Source: Diadema antillarum (Eukaryota). From it: a DNA stretch of 64,000 bases. Below are positions 1-7,320 of the stretch, piece after piece. Below the pieces are notes generated by a model that had not been told where the DNA came from, did not search any database, and saw nothing but the letters and a program-made list of their open reading frames with translations. A program made the position numbers and the translations under genes. How positions within the stretch are numbered: the first letter of the stretch is position 1; each line of letters starts with the position of its first letter. The stretch is taken from NCBI RefSeq assembly GCF_040938485.1, contig NW_027271025.1, positions 558,001-622,000 of the forward strand, read 5' to 3'.

Positions 1-1488
1 GGGCATACGCTCGAACTGGTAAAACCCCAAAGGACAAGTGAAGGCCGTCTTCTCCTTGTCAGATTCACGCATCGGGATTTGATAGAATCCCGACTTTAAG
101 TCGATAACAGAAAACCATTTACTGCCACTCAGGGAATCAATGGCCTCCTGTATCAGGGGCACTGTGTACTGGTCGGGAATGGTACGAGAATTGAGTGTAC
201 GGTAGTCGACGCACATTCTCAAAGTACCATTCTTTTTCCGAACCAGCACAATTGGAGAGGCATAGGGACTCTTAGACTCCTTAATTATGTTGTTCTCCAA
301 CAGCTGTTGAAGATGTTGCTGCAAGTCCCTAAGATCAGAGGGAGGCACCCTCCGAGACCTCTCACGGAATGGTGTGTCATCGTTAACACGAATCTGATGC
401 TCCGCATAGCCTGTACTGCCTAGGTCAAATTCATGCCTGGAGAACACATCACTCCTCTGCCTGCACTGATTGAGCAGCCTTTCTTTCCACTCCGGGGAAA
501 TCGGGCCCCAATTGATGGGCAGCTCACTAACGTCAACTTGAGGGGAAGGGGTGTTATCGCCTACATTAGCACCTACTTGGGAATGGGTTGCCTCGGTGTA
601 ACTGTGAGGCTGGGTAGGAAAACTACTAGGGGTAGGGAAACACTTGTCGGGGACATAGGCATCTACTATTGGGCAGTTGCCAGGGACAGTGATAGACTCA
701 GGGCTACTATTGGTCACCAGCACCCTTACCTTTCCAATCGCACCACCTGACAATTTTTGTACTCCTGGGGCTATGTGTAACCCACTTGGAAGTCTGCTGT
801 GGGGATTGGACTCTACGAAAACAGTCATTTCTTCTTTCAGGGGATTCCTAATTTGGGCGGTCATTACCAATTTGGAGTGGGGAGGTATTTGCGTGCTATG
901 TCCTTTCTTGGTCCTAGCAGTGCCCAATTTGCCATCAGGGGACACCTTCTCTTGTTTCGATATGCTGGCGTAGATATCCCTGCAGGTAGCACTTATCTGC
1001 AATGACTGGGCAAAGCGTGCTCCAGCCATCCTCCTACAAGATTCAAAACAGTGCCTGAAAAGTCCTGAATTAGTGCCAATAATCACTCTATGGTCACAGG
1101 GACGCTGGGGGTCTGGTACTACAAGAGCCAATGTACTAAACTCAGTCCCTGTGCCAGCAAATGACCGTTCAAAACCTATGTTGACGTAAGCCCAACCCAG
1201 ATAGGGCATAGTCCCATCTCCTCCATGGTACAGGACTAGGTCACTCAGTCCATGCAATTCCCTATCTAGTGTGTCGAAAAGGCTCTTGTGTATAAGAGTG
1301 ACCTGAGACCCACTATCAAGAAGGCATTTTGTCTCCTTTCCATCTATCCAACATTTTGGGTTGATAGCATCTCCTACTAAACCTTCAGGAACATCGTTCT
1401 TGGAAACCTCAACTTTAGAAACAAGTGGGGGAGAATCTATTTTTGGGGCCCCTGGTTTCCCCTTCCCAGGCGCCCTTTCTCGTTTCCC
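1..1488 (-). CDS. pol: Pol of unit 1 (protease and start of RT), cut by the window edge
   Basis: Same sequence as unit 2 at offset 9387. Protease motif LLDSGSQVT is present. Confidence 0.9.
1428..1488 (-). promoter_or_regulatory. -1 ribosomal frameshift signal (G GGA AAC plus predicted pseudoknot); copies at 10815-10875, 20204-20264, 29596-29656
   Basis: In-phase heptamer, 6-nt spacer, stem GGGCGCCUGG/CCAGGGGCCC, and loop GGGGA complementary to downstream UCCCC. pol is in the -1 frame and has no ATG near its start. Confidence 0.8.
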
Positions 1489-2870
1489 TGGTTGCCAAGG
1501 ATGTAGTTGACAAGTCTTTTACTCAGTACGTCAGGGGGAACAGAATTTTGGCAATTTCTACTGATATGGCCCTCCTCTCCACACTTGAAGCAAACAACAC
1601 CAGTATTACTCTGCTGGGACGACTGAGATTTGGGGGGATTATTGGTGGGTTGGGGTGCTGGTGGAGGTGCTGGTTGGGGAAGGACATGGGGTTGAGGGGC
1701 TGCGTGGGGTGGCAGAATAGAGGGCTCTACCTTACGGTGGGCAGCCTGCTTTGGTTTTGGGCTAACGGGGGGTCTCGAGGCAGACAGAGATTTCTTCACC
1801 CTTTCCTCTTCTTCCTGCTTCCTCACTGAAGACAGGAGTTCCAGGAAGGATGGTGGTTTCTCCAGGCGCTCCCTGAGCTGTAGGTTTACTAGGAGCATTT
1901 CATGGTAGAGGATGCCCCTGATGAATTGTCGCAGTCTCACCTTGTTGGCGTCATGTGGCTTGACAACTCCCCGCCTAACCACATGGCGCATGACTTCCTG
2001 TAAGCGAGAAAGATACTCAGAGGGAGACTCACCTTCAGCCTGGACTGTCTGATGAAATCTGACAAACAGTTCATCATCTGTGTCAGTATCGCCAAAAGCC
2101 AGATCCAGAGCCCTGAGGTAGTCTGCAGAGCAGGCCTGGGGATTCTCACGCCTAAGGTCTGTAATGATGCTTGACGCAGGCGGACGCAATGACTCACGAA
2201 TGCGCTTGCGCCGCTCAGCATCATCCAGAGTCTGCCACTCCTCCATCTGGCTCTCAACGTGCTCTATCCAGATGGGGTAGCTATCCTCATCACGCGCTGC
2301 TGTCTTTGCACCAGAGAAGCATCGCAGTTTCCGATACCCTGTGGTCAGCCCACACCGTGCTAGTGAAGCTGCTAAAATTGGGATGTCTCGATCAGGGAAG
2401 GACATGGATGGTTCACTGATACCAGGGGAAGGGGGTGGAAGGTTGTTAGTAGTAGGGATGTCTTGAGACTGGACTTCCTGAGCTCTACGTCCTGCTTTTC
2501 TCCATTCCCTAACTAAACCTCTCTCCCTCAGGTCCTTGACACTGACCCTATTTCCTCTGACTGGTCCTAAACCGTCTAACCTCACTACTCTGCACATAGT
2601 CTCCCCATCTACTGGAATGACAATCTGTGCCTGTAATCCTAACATAGCAACTGCATCTTCGAATTCACACAGGAGCAATGTTTCCCCTGTATCGGGATCA
2701 TCCCGTCTTAACACCTCAAGTAATGTGGGATATAACTCTGACAGTGCCAGTGCAAACACCTCTGTTGGCACAGTCTTTATACCTGTTGCAAGTAGGAGGG
2801 CATTCTCTACTCTAATCTCCTCCTTCTTGCACCAATCCTGACCAATCTGCTTCAAACTTTTACCTGCCAT
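1437..2870 (-). CDS. gag: Gag, PNMA/Ma-like capsid with CCHC zinc knuckle (unit 1, 477 aa)
   Basis: Contains RKLRCFSG...W...LRPPA...YLRALDLAFG...Q..GE..SEYLSRL (PNMA-type capsid) and CFKCGEEGHISRNC. First ATG (MAGKSL, context GCGATGG) is at 2870; the ORF track start at 2960 is a TTG. Confidence 0.93.
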   Translation of the reverse strand: MAGKSLKQIGQDWCKKEEIRVENALLLATGIKTVPTEVFALALSELYPTLLEVLRRDDPDTGETLLLCEFEDAVAMLGLQAQIVIPVDGETMCRVVRLDGLGPVRGNRVSVKDLRERGLVREWRKAGRRAQEVQSQDIPTTNNLPPPSPGISEPSMSFPDRDIPILAASLARCGLTTGYRKLRCFSGAKTAARDEDSYPIWIEHVESQMEEWQTLDDAERRKRIRESLRPPASSIITDLRRENPQACSADYLRALDLAFGDTDTDDELFVRFHQTVQAEGESPSEYLSRLQEVMRHVVRRGVVKPHDANKVRLRQFIRGILYHEMLLVNLQLRERLEKPPSFLELLSSVRKQEEEERVKKSLSASRPPVSPKPKQAAHRKVEPSILPPHAAPQPHVLPQPAPPPAPQPTNNPPKSQSSQQSNTGVVCFKCGEEGHISRNCQNSVPPDVLSKRLVNYILGNQGNEKGRLGRGNQGPQK

Positions 2871-3025
2871 CGCTTTGTTTCCTGCACACGAGTGTTGGCT
2901 CTTTGGTACAATAGAACGAAAATGGTGAATGTAACAGTAACAATCAACAATGATAACCAAGACTCAGTTTCGGTAACATGTGTCACCAAACAAATGCAAT
3001 TATACAATTAAGAAACAATTATAGT

Positions 3026-3042
3026 TCCCGGACAAGCCCCCA
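3026..3042 (-). other. Primer-binding site, tRNA-Pro; copies at 12413-12429, 21802-21818, 31194-31210
   Basis: Minus strand TGGGGGCTTGTCCGGGA is complementary to the 3' end of eukaryotic tRNA-Pro (...UCCCGGACGAGCCCCCA) with one G.U pair, 5 nt after the LTR end. Confidence 0.9.
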
Positions 3043-3047
3043 ATTTA

Positions 3048-6000
3048 TGTAACCCGAATGTTACACTCCCGAGTTCATAAATAAAGAATATCACACCTGG
3101 GATTCAGTTTTGACAAAATAATCCAATGACAAACTTTATTAACTTGTTTGTCGTTCAACAAAGTACATCATTCAATTCAATATGTTCACAGACTCAAATG
3201 TAACCTTTGTTACATTAGCATAATTAAATATTTGCCAGTGTATGACGATATTTCGACTCGTTGCTGTCTCTTTGTCTCTCTCGCCGGTTATCCTGTCGAC
3301 GAGCCCAGAGTAGTCGCAAACCAGTCGTACACGGTAGCTGATGCAATGCTCAGTAGCCGTCAGTCACGCTGAACCAAGCAAAGGCTGGCCAAAGCTCTCG
3401 TCCAAATATGTATCTAGTCAAAAGAATTTATAAGACACAGGACTTTCCTAATATAGTGTCTTTCTAATCAATAATATTTCTTCAGGAGTATGGAAGTCCA
3501 CTCCAAAATCTGATCTGATACATTGTCTCTACATATACATGCCTCATAAACATATATGAGCGCATTAGACAATACAGATACAAATTCCAGTCACATACAT
3601 TCAAATGTTTGTCAATTCATTTTGACATACAGGTGCTAAATACGGTCAGAATAACTTCTCTTCAGTTAAACATTTTCAGCATCCTGAATTATATCCAACA
3701 CTGCTGCCACAAATAAAGCTTTGATCTATCTGATCGACTGGCAGTATAGTTGCTTCATCTGGGGTCGACAAATATTGTGACTCCGATTCAAATATTATAG
3801 TTTGAGTGGAAATAATGCTCCACGCACACAATAATTACACTGAGCAGTTGTACACCTTACCACGCATGTACAGTTAACATGTATACATTCTAAAGAGCAT
3901 GAATGTATAACCTTTTTATATTCACAATGGCACAACTATTCCTCACATTTAGTTCTTTGCAAGGTTCTTCACATCTAGTGGCTAGTCCTCCCCCTCTAGA
4001 GTTAAACATTCCACAATTCAATAGTGCAGTGACCTCTGTCACTCACAGGGAACGGTCAGTGGACATAAATCTGTCAGTTCAGACGAGGGGGGGGGGGTGC
4101 TGCACATTGTAGACCTCAATGTTTACGAGCATAGCCTCACTTTCTCTGAGTGTGAGGGTCTACCGGGCATTTCAATATGTATGTAATCAAATTAAAATCT
4201 GACTTCTAATGCCAAGTCAGTTTCCCAATTTCATCTGTCTAATAATGAACTTGAGTGTATGCCTAATCATGTCCATTCATAAAACATTCGAAGCGCAAAT
4301 ACCTTGAAGTGCATTGCAATATATCTTCAAATAATATACAAGCAACAATCATCAATCATCAATACTTTTGGCATAACATATGATAACTTCGGAATTTATA
4401 TACATGATATCAGAGTCTTCTTCTTAACAAGCAACCTCCATGTCTATGGATTGGGGTTCATAATTACAAACACTCTCCAATGCAATACATAACATGAGAA
4501 ATACAATGACTTACCTAGTCAAAAGAGCCAACACTCGTTTTCACTACAAGTTGCTCCACACGGCAGTCAGTGGATGTACGTGCCACAACCAGTTGTATCA
4601 CAGGCACATAAAAATTGTATATAACAATACAGCTGATGCTTGTGGGGGTCTACCAGTGTTTTGTGGTAACCTCTCAGCAGATAAATGTGTGAAAAAACTT
4701 TCTGGATCACACAGTCGATGTAACAAGCAAAGTGGGTGCAGGCCTCAAAGCGCTGGCAGGAAGCAGATATGCCTATTTGCTCCAAAGCTATGGGCTTTTA
4801 TAATTTTCTGTCTCTCTGTAAAATGTTAATATTACAAACTTTCTCGAGAAAATCAGAAACTTCCAGGAAGTTAACTGACCAGCAGAAATTTCATTGGTTC
4901 ATGTTTCTATGACATCATTCAAAGTCTGCCTCATTGGCTAGAGGTCACTCATTCCCCTTGACTTCCAGGAACATTACTGACGTACTGACCATCCACTTGG
5001 CCAGACAAAGTCTTAACATTGACCAAGGGCAGTAACGACAGGCTTTCCAGTCACTCTCGAGCATTCTGCCTACAGGGCTTTAAAGTTGCACTCCTGTGAC
5101 CTTGGTCACTAGAGCTGCTGCCTAACCAGCATAGCTATATAACACATTGTTTATACTCATGCAAACACCGATCTAGTTAACATACTAGACAAATCGTATA
5201 GCATAAGTCATAAGAGCACTCAATTAGAATATAGAGACATAATTATATCTCATTTGCATAAATGATGTATTAAACATAACCACTGCACATACATATCTCT
5301 TATGCTGAAGTGCGTGGATCACACTTTGTTCTGAACACATGACATATCAAATAATAATCTTGCAAAAAGTCATATCCTTTCAGCCATTGATCATAGTAGC
5401 ACAACAGTATCTGTAATATAAAAGGTAACACGAGCAAAGTAAATCTAGTAATGTATGGAGTTACTCTACTTTAAGGCACACGCAAAGCTAGCCTAAACAG
5501 TTCATTGGAAATTAGGGGGGGGGTATGTGAGAAGAAAGGAATAGGAGGGGACAGAATTTGGGCTAGACGTGCACTCTACGTCATTGTCACAGAAAATGTT
5601 GGTCTACAGTTAGAACCAGTCCACTCTGTATAGGCTTTGCCCATGGTAGGACACTGTCCCTAAATCCCAAAGCAACTACTACTTTGTCCTAGCAAGAATG
5701 ACCTTCCTCTTCTGAGACATGGTCCTTTCGTTTCTCTTGATGTGCCTACACACCAACAAAAGGGAGGGGTGCTTAAAACAATATCCCTAGACTGGCTAGC
5801 TTGCTCCATCCTTGAGTTTTATTACACCTACATAGTCTAACACCAGCAGGGGCGTTTCACAGGGCTTGACCAGTCTCAATACACACAGGCTTACAATTGG
5901 ACATTGGCTATTGGGGTCAAAGGCTGAAGGGGAAATCTTAAGACTAATCTTGGGGGTTACTAGTACACTGGTCGAGGGGTTGTTGGAAAACAGGTGGGGT

Positions 6001-6131
6001 ACGGACGTCAGAGGAGGGATGAATGGAGGGGGTGGTGATAACAGTGACCATGGGTCTTCCAAGGAAGTAGGAATCTAGTCTGACGACATTTCTGGAGAAA
6101 TCTTAGTAACCCAAATTTTGGTGGGGTTACA
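3048..6131 (-). repeat. LTR 1 (3084 bp), shared between units
   Basis: Ends are TGTAACCC...GGGTTACA (8-bp terminal inverted repeat, TG...CA). PBS lies 5 nt outside one end and PPT abuts the other. Confidence 0.95.
4796..4971 (-). promoter_or_regulatory. Probable LTR promoter: TATAAAA, two CCAAT boxes, a CRE-like site and two TTCCAGGAA sites (present in all four LTRs)
   Basis: TATAAAA at 4796-4802 (minus). CCAAT at 4893-4897 and 4933-4937 (minus). TGACATCA at 4910-4917. TTCCAGGAA at 4861-4869 and 4963-4971. Order and orientation fit element-sense transcription. Confidence 0.6.
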
Positions 6132-6143
6132 TCCTCCCCTTTC
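6132..6143 (-). other. Polypurine tract; copies at 15521-15532 and 24913-24924
   Basis: Minus strand GAAAGGGGAGGA lies directly before the LTR TGTAAC. Confidence 0.9.
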
Positions 6144-6173
6144 AAACCAGGGTTCACTCCTGTGAACCTTTGA

Positions 6174-6911
6174 TTAATCAAAGCCAAAGATCTTACGCTT
6201 AAGGTCAGCAAAAAATCCTGATGAAGTTGCTTGCCTAGCACCAGAGGGTTCACCAAGGGTATCGTACTGCATGCGTAGCGGCGGCCTTGAAGAGCGAGTT
6301 GAGCGCCTGATGGATTGCGGGGCAGGCTCTGAATCGATTGCTTGCTTTGCATTTTGCGCTTGCTCAACCTCGGGCTCTGCTAGAGTATGAGGGGCGTTAC
6401 CTCTGGACTCTGCGTCTGGGGGTAAAGGGCTAGTGTGTCTACTCTCTTCCTCCATGCTCTCCCCTCTCAAATCGGGTACTGCATCATCCGGTGTTGCTCT
6501 ACCAGAACCACTGGATGCACTTGTGGCATCTATGCTGATGTCACTGCCAGCCTGGTTCTCTAAGTCTGAGTCGGTTGATGTCTCCTCAGTAGTGGGGTCA
6601 GGGGATAAAACGGAACCGCCGGAAACACCTGTGTCACTCACTACATCAGCTGTGTTGACCTGTTCAGGGGTCTCGCTGGTAGTCTCAGAGGGAATACTGG
6701 GAGGTTGGGAGGGGACAAACTCTGGCGCATTTACGTTAAGTACTGAATGTGGGCGGTTAATGTGCTTGCGTACACCCCTCATCACTTGAGTCTGAACTAT
6801 CAGACTCTTCCTCACTCGGAGGGGCAATGGACCTTTTGGAACGGGTCCGATCAGCTGGATTCCTTTTCTTACCTGGTCTCTGGGTCTCTGAGTTATGGGC
6901 TGGGGCCTCAT
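6174..6911 (-). CDS. 3' tail ORF in the +1 frame to pol, low complexity, with a PAM2-like motif and RRSTR..RPP...Y..LGEP; copies at 15563-16300 and 24955-25692
   Basis: Seen in the ORF track. The terminal motif resembles Pol C-termini of related Gypsy elements, so this may be a frameshifted Pol tail rather than an independent ORF. Confidence 0.6.
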   Translation of the reverse strand: MRPQPITQRPRDQVRKGIQLIGPVPKGPLPLRVRKSLIVQTQVMRGVRKHINRPHSVLNVNAPEFVPSQPPSIPSETTSETPEQVNTADVVSDTGVSGGSVLSPDPTTEETSTDSDLENQAGSDISIDATSASSGSGRATPDDAVPDLRGESMEEESRHTSPLPPDAESRGNAPHTLAEPEVEQAQNAKQAIDSEPAPQSIRRSTRSSRPPLRMQYDTLGEPSGARQATSSGFFADLKRKIFGFD

Positions 6912-7320
6912 TCAAGTACTCTATGGGTAGGAGAAGGTTGCGGTGTAGGGTGCGTGTCCTACCAATCCCGTCTTCAGGTGCAACTTCGTAAACCGGCATA
7001 TCAGGGTTGAGTCGCTTTGTGATGACATAAGGGTTCGCATACCATCTATCAGCTAATTTCTGCTTACCAGTCAGTCCAACGTTCCTGACAAGGACGCGAT
7101 CGCCAGGTTTCAGGCCATTGGCTCGCACTTTCGCATCATAGCGGACCTTGTTGGCACTGGCAGACTTGTTGGATGCAGCTGACGCAAGTTTATACGCCCG
7201 CGTAAGTTGATCGCGCAAACCACTGACGTACTTCACGTGGTCAGTCCCAGTGAAATTGTCAGGGCTTGTGCCAAATCGCAGATCAACAGGCAGTCTAGCT
7301 TCCCTACCGAACATGAGGAA
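6757..7320 (-). pseudogene. Integrase C-terminal part (GPY/F-type module and acidic tail), in frame behind the amber codon; copies at 16146-16709 and 25538-26101
   Basis: GFSP-TAG-FLMFGREARLPVDL...PYVITKR...YEV...RTLHRNLLLP is the normal continuation of Gypsy integrase. Confidence 0.88.

Noticed and set aside
1640-1715. G-rich runs suggesting a G-quadruplex on the plus strand
   Set aside because: Explained by proline codons of the Gag linker on the minus strand.
3026-3042. tRNA-Pro-like sequence
   Set aside because: Only the 17-nt 3'-end complement is present (PBS), not a tRNA gene.
4087-5523. G-tract length differences between LTRs (11/11/13/10 and 9/11/12/12)
   Set aside because: Homopolymer lengths are unreliable in assemblies, so they were not used as evidence of divergence.
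3048-6911. Possible env gene in the tail ORF or the long LTR
   Set aside because: No signal peptide, furin site or transmembrane anchor, and no long ORF in the LTR.
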